This document shows, piece by piece, positions 38,698-53,093 of a DNA stretch of 64,000 nt; positions within the stretch are counted from its first letter, which is position 1, and every line of letters starts with the position of its first letter. The stretch is from Podarcis filfolensis. Its lineage: Eukaryota. The DNA lies in assembly GCA_964270895.1 (NCBI GenBank), contig OZ185441.1, one strand, 5' to 3'. The notes below the pieces were generated by a model. It was not told the DNA's origin, ran no database searches, and saw only the letters and a program-made list of their open reading frames with translations. Made by a program: the position numbers and the translations under genes.

Positions 38698-41600
38698 TAC
38701 ATGTGGCCATCAGGACATTTCCTATCTTCTAGGAAGTTCCAAAATATAGCTGCTTAATCAGCCCTGCCTTCAAATTAGATCAGACAAAAGTGCAGCCTCA
38801 ACTACACATACGTAGTTTTTACAGAGTTTTTGCACATTGGGTGAGTGGGCGTTCATAAGCAAGAAAGAAAGCAGGTACTCTGAAGAGATATGCTGTTTTC
38901 TCTCTGGGCTCAGAGAAAGGAGGAAGCAGGAAGAGAAAGTTAACACAATGGATATACTGCAGAGGAACAAACCATGTATCTGCCCTTCTAATTGGGTAAA
39001 AGCCTATATTGTGGCACTTCCCCATTTGAAAGGAAATATATTTATTTCTATTCTTCTTGTCTGATATAGTAATTGACAAGTACAAATAAAAGGGTTATAG
39101 ATTGAAGGAGGCTGTGATAGGTCTAAGTCCTCCAAAACTACATACATGGATAGCTCTAATACTCATTCCAAGAAACTCACGGGTGGTATACATAGAATTA
39201 TTTATTTACAATAGCCCTGTAAGATAGATAGACTGGAAGACAGTGGACTCACCCAATGAGCTTTGTGACTGAAGGTGGCCTTGAATATGGGTTTCTTATT
39301 GCATTGCATTGCACTGCACCACATTACCAGGAAAATTTCTTTAACTGGAAACAGATAAATGAGCAGAGAGCTATATGTTGGTGAAAGTCTGTAGTTCAGG
39401 AGTATATTAGGCTTGTTTTTCTCCTTTTCTTTTTTCATGATACTCCCCAGATCTCCCAAAGGGAAAATAGAGGTTTAGGAATCTAGTCTAGATGACATTG
39501 GTGCCTTTTCTCTTTAAAGTGATCTGCCCATAGACAGCTTGGGGTGTTGAATTGCTGTTGAATATTTTGCTTTTTAAAGCCCCCCCCCCAAATGTCTTAT
39601 TCTATAAATGTTATGTTTTCTTCTTGTGCATCTAATCACTTGGCCCAGTTTGGTTAAGTTTAGCCTTTTTGCACTCCTGACTGAGAGTCAGTGTACACAT
39701 GCAACTACCTTACTGTGGCCATACTAAACATGTTCCCATACCTATCTTTTTCCTTCTGTTTTTTAAAATTGCAATCCAGTTATGCCTAATTAAATACATC
39801 AGACTCAATCAGCCTAAGCTGATGTGTTAAAATCATGGAATGCTGGGATTTCTAATGACCATCACCATGCCTAGGAATTTCAGTGAATGTCTCATGGGCT
39901 GTGAACACCAAAATTCTTCTGAGACTTTTCATACTTCTCTTTTCCAAGAGCTCAGAAATACATGCTGAGAATGTATTAGCCTGCCCCACTTCCTTCAATG
40001 TCAAACGTCTCACTCTCATTGCTAAAGGGATACACCTTGGTCACAATTTCTCTTGGACTGGATGTGGATGGAACAAAGTGGTGAAATCCTTGTGTTCCCT
40101 TGATTGCTTTCACTCTTTCAAAGTGTCATTTTAGGAACATTTCTTCTTTTCTATTCTCCTCATTTGTTGAAAATAATAACTAGATAGAAAGGATGTTATT
40201 GTGGCACCAATTAAAGAGTTCCAGCGGTGTCATAATTTTGTTTGATATGTATTTTGTTATAATGTTCATGAAATAAAGTACTAACAACAATTATTTCAAA
40301 GCATTAATTCTATCATTCAACAGCAAGCTATCAGCTAGCTTTTCAGATATCTTTTACTTGAATAACTTTCTAAAGAAATCCCTGAAATAGCTGATGTTAT
40401 AGTTTGAAGTCTTGTTTATTCTATTATGTTTTACTCCAAGAAAACCCATTACTCCTAAATAGAACCCAATAAGGCAGACATGTAGGTACAAAATATTTTT
40501 GTTTAATGTGATCCCGTTGAGATCCCAAGATGAAATTTTGCAGGTAACTCTTAGAAATAGTAAATAATCACTACAGTTTTGGACATATCATTTGACATAT
40601 CATATTAAGGCCCATGAAGATTGGTATTTTTAGTTTTGAAATATCTTAATTCTGGGCTGAGCTTTTATGGTTTTTGTGTAATCAGGCAAGGTCAAAAGTA
40701 TCATAACTCTAAAACGGGATGAGATAAAAGAAATTAAAATTTAAACTTGGTTCTGATCATTCCACAAGTGTACAAAATATTAAGAAAATTGGATGACATG
40801 ACGTAAAAAATGGATCATTTGATTTGGAATGACCCTTCAATCCTTCAGTTAATATAACCAGTAAAATACAAGAATTATTGTATGGGAAAAGTAGCTCTAT
40901 TTTAGCTGGTCTTATTTGAATATTACATTATATCTTAAGTCTCAACTGGACAAAAATATATGTATGACTTTATAGTGCATAAAGTGATATTTAATTGCTT
41001 CAAATGCAGTTTCTAAATCTATGGAGCTTATTCTGGGCTGCTGTACCTATGCTAGTAACTAGAAGATAAATATACTGACATTACAGTGTAGACTAGAACT
41101 TTGATTTGCACAGTGATGATCCAGTCTGTTGCAGCCCCCTCCCAAACAAATGCTTAGTTTCTTGGAGACCATCCTGTTTCCGTTCTTTTAGATTAGGGAT
41201 GGCCAACTGCTGTATATCTGGAACCACTCTTTTCTCCAGGTGGTGGTCCTGGGCCAGAAGTGTATTATGCTTTACGTGCTGACCCCTCATAAGTGGCCAG
41301 GCTTCATATACCATTTGGCACCATCTAGCAGTAAGGGCTTTGCAGACATGCAACCAATGCACTGAGGCACAGTATTACATATAAATGTGTACATTTATGT
41401 ATTACATACATATTAATACAAATAGAATGCACAAACATTTCTATCAGCTACACAGGTTTTAAAAGTATGATTGTTTCTCTTGGACTCCACTGAAGGTAAT
41501 AACTGAGTGCATAGATTTCCAATAACAAGCAAATTCATTAACAAAAGCTGCATATCTATTTTGGGGTAAATCCCATTTAACTCAGTGGAACTTAGTTTGA

Positions 41601-44600
41601 AGAATGCATGCATATGATTGTCCTGTAAATCTGGGCTGATTGGTAGAGTGCAAGCCAAACCTGTTACCTCTAACCCCATGAGGTTTTACATCTGAGTATA
41701 GTAAGATGTCACTGACAATTTCATGCATAAGGAAAAGAAAAATGCTTTCAAATACTATAAGGAGTTTGATATTACTCGTCTGTTCTCTACATGGGTTTTC
41801 TGCTCATAGGCTTAAGCCCATAACCATGCAAAAATATTCACTTCAGTAAACTGACAGTAAAACTTCAAATTAACTTATTCCACTAATATGAATTTTGAAC
41901 ATGTTGCAGTGCTAAGCTTTCAGTCTTTCTGGGTACAGATTTAACAAGAAAGTCCAGTAGATACTTCCTTGAGGGGGAAATGCTTTATATATTCCTTTCT
42001 ATACTTGATAGCAACATACTCAGTTCTTTAGATTTTAAATCCTTCCTTTAAAGAAGAACATTTCATAAATCTGTAACAAGGAAATCCATGTTTGTGGGTA
42101 GATTTCTGAGCATGTGGGTATGGCAGCTTGACAGTATAAAGTAATAGATCCACCATTGTAGAGTGCCAAAACAAACTGTGTGCTCTGAAGTGGCACCAGG
42201 AATGTCAGCCTTACTTTCCTCAGATACACTGTACATCCAGATGCTCTGTAGTAGTCTTCCCTGCTTACAAAATGCGAGCCTTTGGCTGTTCTACTGACCT
42301 TTTCTGTATAGAATATGTTGATGAGAACGTCCATCTATAGATAAATTTTGGAGAAAGTAAAAGGTGGGTATATAAGCAGCCTATATAGAGTGAGCACATG
42401 GCCAAAAAAGAGGAAGTTTATCATCCAAAATGAGAATATGGATTTGAATAAAATTTGCATATGCATAGATGCGTATTTAGTAATATTATAATTTAAATAG
42501 ATACACAATGCATCTCACTATCGCAGGAAAGACTGTGACCAAGTGACCCGTGTGCTTTCTCATTCCCTTTTCTAGGCACTGCTATCTGTTGATGGGCAAC
42601 TTCTCTCTTAGGATTCTTAAATTTTAAACAGCACTTTTAAATGCACAGCCCTTCACATAGAGTACTGTTCTCTGTAAAATAGGATGCCTTGCCACCCTAG
42701 ACTTATGTGCGAAGGGTGCAAGAAATATGTCTTAACATGACTCCTGCCATTCCTCCAATATTTTATTCCTTCTCTAGAAAAGAAAGCACTAAAGCCAAGG
42801 GGAGATGTTTTTGAAATGCAGGAATGCAGTAAGAACATAGTTACTCATAACGGAAAATGAAGTACTGTATACACATTTGAATATCTGGTCACCATAGAAA
42901 CCAAGTTCTGCTTTGTGTGTGATGATGGGGGGGCGTTCATTTAATGTGTGGAAATTTTGTACACCCAAGAACTCAAAATTTCTTTTTCTTTTTTCTTTTG
43001 GTCAAAATGAGGTGTTGACAACAGCAGCTACCAGACTGAGCTCTGTGAAAAACTAGTGGCCAAAAAGGAGTTGGCTGGCTAGAGAGACCTGGCTATCTTC
43101 CTTGTTTTTATATGCTTCTACGCATTCTCTGGCATTTTGCTGACAGAATCTTGAAGCAGCTGTAATCAGCAAGGGAAGAGCCTGTGTTGGTACTAGTGCC
43201 AGGAGAAGATGCTACTATGGAAGAAAAGGACAATGGGAAATCCAGCTCTCTAACAGACTGAAGGCCATCTTGAAGCTGCCAAGCCAACCAGGGGTGGGGC
43301 GGTGGTGGAGGAATGGTTAGGGAAAGTCAAAATGGTTGAGGGGAAAGGCAACAAAAAGGGAAAGGAAACATTGCTTGGATTATATTGACTCAAACGGAAT
43401 GTGTGAAACCAAAATAGAGTTCTTCATAATGTGGTACACAGTATTACATTGTTGGAAAAGAGACTGCTGTGAGTTGGAAGGCAGCTTCAAGCTGATGGAA
43501 GGACTGGATAGGAATATTTTAAGTCAATGATACAAATCTCCTTGAAGGACTTATATTGCCATCTTCTGCTGGCATCAAATCATTCCCATAATTAAGTGAG
43601 TTACAGGGTTTAATGAACCCCTGAGACATTGGTAATTTATATCAACATCAAGTAAGCCTATCATTCATACAATATTACCAGCGGAAAATGCCCAGTTTGC
43701 TCGTAGCTCAAATCTGATCACTCAGAGCATCAGAGGATACACGTGGATGTTCAGGAAGGATGATCACTATACTGAGGGAGGACCGTGAGATATTTTCTAC
43801 AATCTAAAACAAACTTTGAAAGTACACTGAGGAGTGTAATACTTCAAATGCCAGAAGCTGTCTGTGTGCGTTAAAAAAATAAAAAAAATAAAAGTGGATT
43901 TGCCATGTTGTGTTTCATGTCCACACCTGTCCACACCTTGCTCTAGAATACTGAAACATTTCAGAGTGAATACTGAAGCATTTCAGGACACTTGTGAGTT
44001 GATATGGCATCAAATTACTCTTTTACTCCACAGAACCTTTGCACAAAGTGGACTTGAGTAAGTTGTATTTGCTTAAGTCAATGCAGCAGAGCATTCTGGA
44101 AGCTAAAGGTGAACAGTGGGGCTAAGACCAGTTTAGAGAACTGAAGTAAATTTAAAAACAAAAAATCCAATCTTGGTATTTTGATATGTGTCATTTCTGC
44201 TTTAAAAAAGGAGAGCATGTTTGAGTGTGTATATGCAATCAAGCATCAATTGTAGGAAAGTGCAGACTTTGATGCTATTTTACTTTTTGCTCCAAAAAGT
44301 ATTAAAAATACTTTTTTTTTTCAAAAACCTCACACTAAATTCTAAATATCAGTTCAGGTGTCTTTGAACTAGTGGTTTTATTGTCAAAACCTAGGCATTT
44401 CTAATACGTGTGGATGCAGAGGCTCATTTGGTAATCTAAGAAACTGTAATGGGTTGCACAGGATATGCATTTCACAAAAGAAAGAAAGACAGTGCTCAGA
44501 AATACTCCACCCCTGCGGATACAAAACATTACGGCCCCCCAAATGGGTAAAAATTAGGTAACACCTTCCCACACGAAACAAGCAACACCCTCCCAACCAA

Positions 44601-45121
44601 ACAACCATCTCAAAAGCACAAAACTATCCCTTAATTATAAAGAAATATAGAAAGTTGGAACAGGCAGGGGGGTCTTAGCAAGCACTGTGGGGGGTGTCTG
44701 AGGACACCAAGTTGCCCATAGGCAGTACGTTGCGAACCCCAGGCATAATGGCTCATGAGTAGGTTTTGTATTGTTATGTAGAATCTCCTCAGGCTGTTCT
44801 GTACGCGACACTGCAGTAGTCTCTGGTGTTAATTTGGCTCAGATAATCTTTTAAAAGTTGTTATTTCATTGTCTTTTTGCTTGTGGGTTACAGTTCAATG
44901 AATATAAATATATTTGGGGGGTACCCATAAAAATATATTTCGGGGTACCCATAAATTGCTTTGTGATTTTATTATATAGAAATAAAGTTCTGTAGGAAAA
45001 GCTTGTGACAAGGGAGGGGTTTTTGTGTGTGTGTAGAAACATTCGCCACTGGGCAGGCAGCTGCCAAACATATTGCAATTAATCTGACCCTTGTTTGGCT
45101 TTCATATTCTTTTCCTTTCAG

Positions 45122-45283
45122 AACCAGTGCCCTGAGGCAGAAGAGTTGGTCTTNNNNNNNNNNNNNNNNNNNNNNNNNNNNNNNNNNNNNNNNNNNNNNN
45201 NNNNNNNNNNNNNNNNNNNNNNNNNNNNNNNNNNNNNNNNNNNNNNNNNNNNNNNNNNNNNNNNNNNNNNNNNNNNNNNNNNN
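45122..45283 (+). CDS. VPS13B: VPS13B exon G (predicted 162 nt, phase 0 to 0): NQCPEAEELVF..., remainder inside N-run
   Basis: tttcctttcag|AAC acceptor; 32 visible nt match human NKCPEVEELVF. The 3' end is inferred from the remembered 54-codon human exon. Confidence 0.85.
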
Positions 45284-45285
45284 NN
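45154..45285. other. N-run, 132 nt, overlapping VPS13B exon G
   Basis: Counted Ns. Confidence 0.98.
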
Positions 45286-45522
45286 ATGAAAGAAAAAAGC
45301 ATTACAAGTGCAGCGATTGTTAAAATTGGGTGGTGTTTTAATCATTGATTCTGGTTTTTTATTCAAGCATTCAGCTATCTTTAGCTTTCCAGATTCCAGC
45401 TGGAGTCACACGCTTTAGCTGCAAGAGACACAAGAGATAAACAAAATGGATGAGGAAACCCAGAAGTGTTTAGATTTCATTCAAGTTTGGAACTGAACAC
45501 CCACACCCTTTCCAAATGAAAC

Positions 45523-45540
45523 GAGAGAGAGAGAGAGAGA
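45523..45540. repeat. (GA)n microsatellite
   Basis: Read directly. Confidence 0.9.
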
Positions 45541-45734
45541 AACAGAGAAAACTGCAAGCTTCTGAACCCAAAGTACAGCAGTAATTTGTCAGGTTTAAGA
45601 GAGAGAATTTAGTCTTCAGGTTTTGGTATTTTAATCCTAACTGTGTGGACACAAAGCTCCCATTGAAAATAAAATTGCCGCTGTCATAATGCCTTCATGC
45701 AAATCTATGGTGTTGACCACACTTAGAATACATT

Positions 45735-46228
45735 GCTGTGTGTGGTTTTGGTCTCTGCCTGTCCAAAGGAGCAGAAAAAAAGGACACTAAAATGATCAAG
45801 GGGCTGGAGCAATTCCCATGTGAGGGAAATTTATAATACTTCTGGCTTTTTAGTTTAGGAAAATGGTAAGAAGGAGAGGGTAGAGGTGCGTAAAATTATG
45901 CATGATGTTGAGAAAGCGGATAGAGAGAGATTCAATGCTGGGAGATTCAGGAGAGACAAAAGGAAGTTCTTCACATAGGTAAACTGATGTGATGGCCACC
46001 AGCTTGGATGACTTTAGAAGGCCACAAAATGATGGAGGATAAGGCTATACCTCTTATATGCCACCTCCAGTAGGAGAGACAGTATGGTTCGGTTGCTATG
46101 GAACAACTGCAGGAGAGCACTATCATATTCATGTTCTGCTTGTGGGTTTTTCATAGACATCTGGTTGGCCACTGAGAGAAGAGAATGCTGAACATGATAG
46201 GATTTTTCTCTGATTCATCTTATGTTTT
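45735..46228 (+). mobile_element. CR1 LINE 3' end (ORF2 end plus 3' UTR), decayed
   Basis: aaaatgatcaaggggctggagc; ttcaggagagacaaaaggaag; UTR catctggttggccactg...ttatgtttta. Confidence 0.8.
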
Positions 46229-47030
46229 AATGGTTACCAGTCCCTCAGTCTCATATTGTATTGCTGCTGCTGTTTTCCCAGAATAACCTGCAGCCCCTAA
46301 TGAGGAAGGATTGCAGCTTTCACTTCTGCTTAGGCAAAATCAGCTTGCAAGCAACTTATTTAAGTGTTTGAAGTTATTCAACATGTCTTTAAAATGCTGC
46401 ATTTTAATTACTCTTTATTCCTTTGGCAACTGGTGTGTGCTTTTTTATTTTTCAACTTTTCTCCAGCAGTGGAATGCTCATGAGAAATGTACATGAAAAT
46501 CTTTGTGAGGATACACAATGTGAGGATACAAAACCGTATTCTTCCATGAAGGAAAACTGCTACATCAGAATTAGTTTTAATGGAAGTTGCATCTAAGAAA
46601 GGAGGGCTCCTTGCTTCACCTTTTTACTATGCTTTACCTCTGGTCAAGCAGTGAGATGCTATGGAAGCCTGCTTCATTTGCCATTTGTGTCCCAGCTGTA
46701 AATTTTGCAAGCATTTACAAGCAATTGAATCAGAATGAGGAACATTCAGTTATGACAAAATCCTACGCAAAATACGCTTCTTTGGTGGATATAGCAGGTA
46801 GCCTGCTTGTGATTTTTGCCCCTGTGTTATTTCAGTGTAAGCATGATGGCAGGCTGCCGCCCAGCGATTATATCTCTGATACAATGCACATACTTGTTAA
46901 GTATATGTATTGCGACCTGCTCTTTCCTGCAAAGAAGTGCCTTCTAGGTACATGATGATGTGAATATCAGCCCACAGTGCTGTAGCATATGATAACTCAT
47001 TTGTGAATATCCGTGAAAACAGTTATCTGA

Positions 47031-47033
<3 letters not shown>

Positions 47034-47103
<70 letters not shown>
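47034..47103. repeat. (TC)n-(AC)n compound microsatellite
   Basis: Read directly. Confidence 0.95.
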
Positions 47104-47105
<2 letters not shown>

Positions 47106-47642
47106 ATAGCACCTAAAAACAGCCAGGGTCACAATTTGTTCTGGGTTTTTGTGGGAACTGAAAGTAGAATACTTGTTCCATAACTAATGTAATTTATACT
47201 ACCATAAGATGATGGCTACTGGTTTATAGGTGGCTGTAAGAGACAATTGGGAAACAATGTAAAAAGTCAGGAATGATATATTATAGGGCTTTTTTTCTCA
47301 GTTTGCTTACACATATTTTATGTTTATGTGTAAGCAAATTGAGATTTCAAAATGGTCTTTTAAATATAAAGATTATTTACACAATTTTATCCTTACTGCA
47401 ACACAGTTACAGATACAAATTTGTCAGTAATGATGCTGGGAAGCAGGATGATGTACTCAGTGGGCATATACTCTGATCCAAGATGTTCTTAGGCCACATT
47501 AATGTATAGGTAGATGAGTCCTTTATCTGCAGGAGTACCAGTTTTGCTTTATGCTAAGATGTGAATTCTTCTACTTCTAATCACACGATTGCCTGTGAGA
47601 TGCAGCTACAATATCTGGATGACAGAGTTATCCTGTATATTA

Positions 47643-47800
47643 AGGACTAGGATCTAGGAGCCTTGAAGTCCAGTTTCTGTTCTAGACTTGCTTATGTGTC
47701 CTCCATTCCCAAACTACAAGAATAATCAACCTGCCTCACAGGGTTGCTCTGAAGTTACAAGTGATAGCTCAGAAAAAAAGAATAAAAATGAAATACACGT
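47643..47800 (+). mobile_element. MIR/CORE-SINE relic
   Basis: ataatcaacctgcctcacagggttgctctgaag resembles the MIR core and 3' segment. Confidence 0.5.
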
Positions 47801-50800
47801 GATTAGTGGTCTAAGTAATTTATGTTTGAGTTTGTTTTTTTCTTGTATTGTTAGTTACCAGGTCTGTGAAATTCAGGTTGCTGTGCTGTTCTTTGGAAGG
47901 GGACAGAACAAGTCAGCTGACTACATTGGCTCTTGTTATATGAGGAATGAATGATGTGCCAGAACGAATGGGCATACAGTGTGAAGCAGAGCAAGGGAGA
48001 GACAAGGAAAGCAGGTCAGCCGTGGAGCAGCTTCTACTACCACTGGCTGGAGAGCAGTTCTTGATTCTCTGAAAAGTTAGATTATTGGGACGTTTTCTGG
48101 CAAGAACTGAACTAAATGAGTAACTCTGTTGAATGGCCCCCAAGCCTTGTAATATTTTCTGTGTTATTATTGTTCTGCTGACACTTTATCGCCTCTCCCA
48201 TGTCACCAGAATGTTGAGATCTCAGAAATGAACCATTTGGGTAATTTAACATACCAGGAGCGTGGGGCGCTTTTCGTGCATAAGTTGATTCCGTTCGTTA
48301 AATGCTGCAAAATCCCCACACCCAGATCTGGGTGTAGTTTGCATTGTGAATTTTAAACAAGAACTCACGATGCTATGTTCTCTGGAAAGAACTCTGGACA
48401 TCTTGATACCTTGTCATCTCAGATAAGCAAACTTTTATTTTTAACACCGTGTCCTAATTTTTCAAAGTGGGGTATGTAAGTCTACAAAATTAATGCAACT
48501 TTATTGTGGCACATTCCAAATTTCTTTATTGCTGGAGACGTTCTTGAGGAACTCATTATCCAGAGGTCAGAATGGTGCCCAAGCATGGACAAGCCACTTG
48601 AGTGTCAGATTAATGGAATGCTAGATTACTTCATAGTTTTGAAGTTATTTCATTCCTCATGATAATTCTCATCTTGCCAAGTTAGTGAATTTTAAGAACT
48701 CTGAGAGCAGATTGTGAGATAAATGTGAAATATGAAATAATCCATACTTTTGGAGTCAGGGACTTTCCTCTAGGCATTAGTTCATACTTGACTTTCTTGA
48801 CTCACACTTGGGGATAAAAATGAGTTAGGACAAGGTCTCAGATACCACATTCCCTTACTGGGAAAGAAAATCCACTTGCACAACTTTGGACAGCTCATGT
48901 TTCTTGTTACATAGGCACTAAGCAGCAGCGGTTGCCATAAAATACTTTATTTAACCTTTGCAAAAATGTTTTTTTTAGTATGGCAAGGCAGCTCAGTTAA
49001 ATGAAAATAAATAGTTTTCAAAGGATTGGGTTTCATTAAAATTCATATCATTTAAAGTATTAATTTTTCTTTCACTGATTAAAGTTGAGGAGAGGTGTTG
49101 TAATTGACTGTTTAGAATAGATAATATAAATAAATGAAAGGAGTTTTAAGATTCCTTTGGTTTTGCTGTGGCAGTACAAAGCTAAAATCTCAAAACACAT
49201 TTGCTTCAGAAGTAAATGCATATAAATAATTGAATCATTGGATTTAAAGTAAACAATTTATTTAATAGTCACTATGCACAGGCAATATATATATTCTATT
49301 TTCTCATATTTTGAAAAACCTCTGCAAATCCCAGTGAGTATGAGGGACTTCTCTTTTTTTAACCTGGAATTTCTCAAAATTATCCACTCCCCAGCATTCT
49401 TCCAGCTCCATAAAAGTTCATTTTTTTAATGCTTCATTAATGTAATGTAGTTAAGATTTTACTTCATTGGGAGACACTAGATCTCTCTCTCACACACAAA
49501 CATATATATTAGATTTGAATCTTGCATTTGCTCTAAAGTTCTTGACCTTGCATTGGGTTCAAGGCATTTCTGATATGGTTCTGCACAACTTTATATGTAG
49601 GAAACTGATGAAGTGTCTTTACTTTCAACAATAACTTAGTGGCAGTATTTGCATGCAACAATAAGCCAATAACCTTGGTTTAGTAACCCATAATGTACAC
49701 ACGGCCTAATTGCTTCCTCTTCCCTCCTCCTCTGGCACAAATAGGTAAACAAATAGTTAAGCATAACAACCGAACCCAGGATTGTGGTTTGCTTCTCACT
49801 CATAGGCCAATATTTGTAAGCCAGCAACAAACCTTGGGTTAAGTCTTGCCAGAGATCTCTGTTTATTAGAGAAAAAAGCCATAATCCCAGAATTGGAATG
49901 TTATGCTAAGTTGTTTTGTTTAGCTGCTCATGCCAAGAGAGGGGCAAAGAGGTAGTGATCAAACTGCATGCACTAGCTGGCAGCTTTTACACACTATGGT
50001 TTATTAAAGGTTCTTGACTTCTTGTTAAGGGAAATGCAACTAGTGGTCTCATGAAAATCTAACATTAAAGTTTAGAAAAGTAAGAGGTCTTCTGAAGGCC
50101 TATTTTTCCAGACTGATAAGCAACATGAGCTGCTGAATGTCATAGTAAGCAGGAGCCCATCATTAGATCCATTCCTTTAATTGTGATTCAAGCTACGACG
50201 GAAGCCATACTGCTCTGCAAAACAACAAGATGTTTGGGCCCCATGGAACTTAAGTGAAACTCTTCTGTTCAGAGGTATCTTTTCAGGAATCTTCCCTCAG
50301 AGCCTGAGTTCTCTTTGTCACCTGTTATGTTTCTTAATAGGTCTAATAATTTTTGTAAAGCAACTCTACAGAAGATCCATTGTATATAGGGAAGATCTTA
50401 TCTCTGTTCTTTATACTATTTATGACTTCTTGATGTAAAATACAATAGTGGTCAAATCGCTTTTCACTTAAATCCTCTCCTGTCTGTTATCACCAGTCCA
50501 CATATCCCAGCCTGGCTTTCCCTTTTCCAGCTTTATCACTCTGCAACCAGAAGTTTTAATTTAGCAGCACCTCGTGGCATTGATGCCTGGTTCCTTAGCC
50601 AGCCTCCTTTGTTGCAGCATCATGAATTCCTTGTCTGTGCCAGCCTTGCTAGAACTCACAAACTTCCCCACTTCTGATGATTGGCGTACAGCGTTGATGA
50701 CTTAATGATTCTGAATAGCAATGAATAAACAGTTTGGCTCAAAACTAAATTTAGTAGCTGAAAATAGAAATCATGCAGGCAATTCAGATTAAATCTTGAA

Positions 50801-52834
50801 GGAGAACAAATCACAGTGGACTCTGTAACCAAGGCCAAAAATGATATGTGAGTCTTAAATGTTCCCCGTTCCTTTTTGTCTCTCAGTCTTGTAAGCCAAT
50901 TTAAACATTTCCATGAAGGCCTTGTGGCACCTACATCTGTAAATTAGGTGGGTGGTTCTGAATTGGGTTGCGCAACCACTAGATGAAGAGGTACATAGTC
51001 TGGGGATGCTCCATCATCCATCATTGTTGCTGGAAGCACAAGCAGCCAAGGCATCTTAGCAAGCACCTTTCACTAGCTTGGCCGCATTGTTCTGTTTCAT
51101 ACCTTCCTACACAACGCAGCCCAAATCTGGCATGCCTTCTTCCAGGTCTGCTCTCCCACACCAGTCATGTGACCCACGTCAGCTAAATTCCCAACAGTTC
51201 TCAAAATGTGTGTGTGTGGGAAACTTAAAAGGCAGCAAAGGTATCCCCTAAAGCAGTGGTTTAACTTAATTGGCTGAGTATGATGTTTGCTTATGTGTGC
51301 TCAGGCTGCTCATTCTGACTGCCATCTTCGAGTCCTTAGGATGCCCATTTAAATCATAAGGCACCCGACAAGGTGGTAGTAGATTCAGTGCTCGAATTTT
51401 GTGGGGGAAAATAAGAAACCCTTTATGAAATTCTTAACCCTGGCCGTTGAATAGTACCCATGCCCCACGAGAAGCAGGTTCCATTGGACACCTGGTGATA
51501 TTTGAAGCAGCAGTGGGAGCATGGAGTCGTGAAGCTCCCACAAATCAGTGAGATATAAATAGGAATTCTTTCCGTAGTACAGAGCTTACAATGTCATCAG
51601 ATACTCGCTCCCAAGAGTACTGTTTTCCTAGCCTTTTCATACATTTAACATGAAATGCGCATCAATCTCCGTGCTGCATTGTTAGAAAATAATCAGCCAA
51701 TGTTTGTAAAACTTTTGATGTAAACTGATAGCATATTTCTGGGTGATATGAGCTGGCTGTTCATACAAGATGGGAGGAGATGCTCCAGAAGGGAAGTTCT
51801 GTGTTCAGACTCATCATTATCTATCACAGAGCATTTGTTTTCAATAATTTTTGAGCACACAGGGCCAGCTTTTGTATAGCATACCTCCATTTGTTTGTTG
51901 TTTGTTTGTTTGTTTTCCCTGCTACCATTCTCTCTCAACAGTCAGCAGCCTTCTCATTTCTTTCATTTTGGGTATGCGGCTTCTCCTCCATCCCCACCAC
52001 CACACACACAGGAGGCTGTGAGCAACTTGGTTTCAGCCACAGCAGTTGTTTCTCTTTATTCTGTGACTAAGATTTAAATATCAAAGCCATTAGGAGCTTT
52101 TATGTCCCAGAGTACATTTTCCCCTTAGGGTATACTTATTATCTTGTATATTTGTGTTAGTAGTCAAGGCCTAACTTTTGTAATTCAAAAGCCACCCACT
52201 GTATTGCATGTGTTTGTTTTACAAGCAGTTTTGTGCTGAGGGGACCAAAAATTGCCAGCAGGCTACTGAGTTGTAACATCTTAGCCGTTTGTTATTGTGG
52301 CTCCTTCTTAAAGGTCAAAGTCAAACTTCACTGGAAAAAGCATAATTTCAGTCCATTAGCCTTGATTCATTGCCCTTGATGTATGGGGGCCTTCATTATC
52401 TCCTTTTTCTAGACCTTGATGTAACTTTTTTTTAGTACTGTATTCATAAATCAGAAAATTTGTGACTTTTTTTTCCTGGGCAGCAGTTTCATACTGAATA
52501 ACTATATGATAAACTGGCTTCATTTGGCCTCTATTAAAATAGAGAAATGTACTTAGAAATTCACCTTTAAAGACTGGAGGTTTATTTATTTAGTTTATTA
52601 AATATAAAGCACATGATTACCAAGGCCTATGTTGCTTTAGTACACTGGGTAACAAGGGTCATACGGCTTTGTTTGTTTTTAAAGAAAGGTATTAAACATG
52701 TTCAAATCTTATAATGAGAACTTTTGCAGTGATGGGACTTGGGTTTTGCTGTAAGGTTAGCTGATTAGTACAGGTCATCAATTAATGTGCTGCTTGTTTG
52801 CTTTTGGTTAGTTATTATTTTTTATCTTTTTCAG

Positions 52835-52990
52835 CTGCTACATATCTGTATTGAAGGTTGGGGAAACTGGCGGTGGTCTGAGCCATTCAGTGTAGATAAT
52901 GCAGGAACATTTATCAGGACTATTCAGTACAAGGGAAGGACTGCATCACTTATTATCAAGGTCCTGCAGCTCAATGGAGTACAAAAACAA
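52835..52990 (+). CDS. VPS13B: VPS13B exon H (156 nt): LLHICIEGWGNWRWSEPFSV...NGVQKQ
   Basis: ttttcag|CTG acceptor and CAA|gtgagt donor. Confidence 0.96.
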
Positions 52991-53093
52991 GTGAGTGTTC
53001 TAATGCATGTGCATTTTGCTGAGGAATTCTTTTTCCAACAAACATTAGGTTGTCCAAGAGGATGCCACTAACGAAGTAATTAAGTATTACTTA

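Noticed and set aside
46952-47030. C/D-box-like pair (ATGATGA...CTGA, 79 nt) with acagttat complementary to an 18S segment
   Set aside because: No terminal stem, only about 8 nt of guide complementarity, no clear C'/D' boxes, and it abuts a microsatellite; consistent with chance.
48318-48335. Perfect 18-bp palindrome acacccagatctgggtgt
   Set aside because: About 0.25 such palindromes are expected by chance in 64 kb (64000/4^9); not significant alone.
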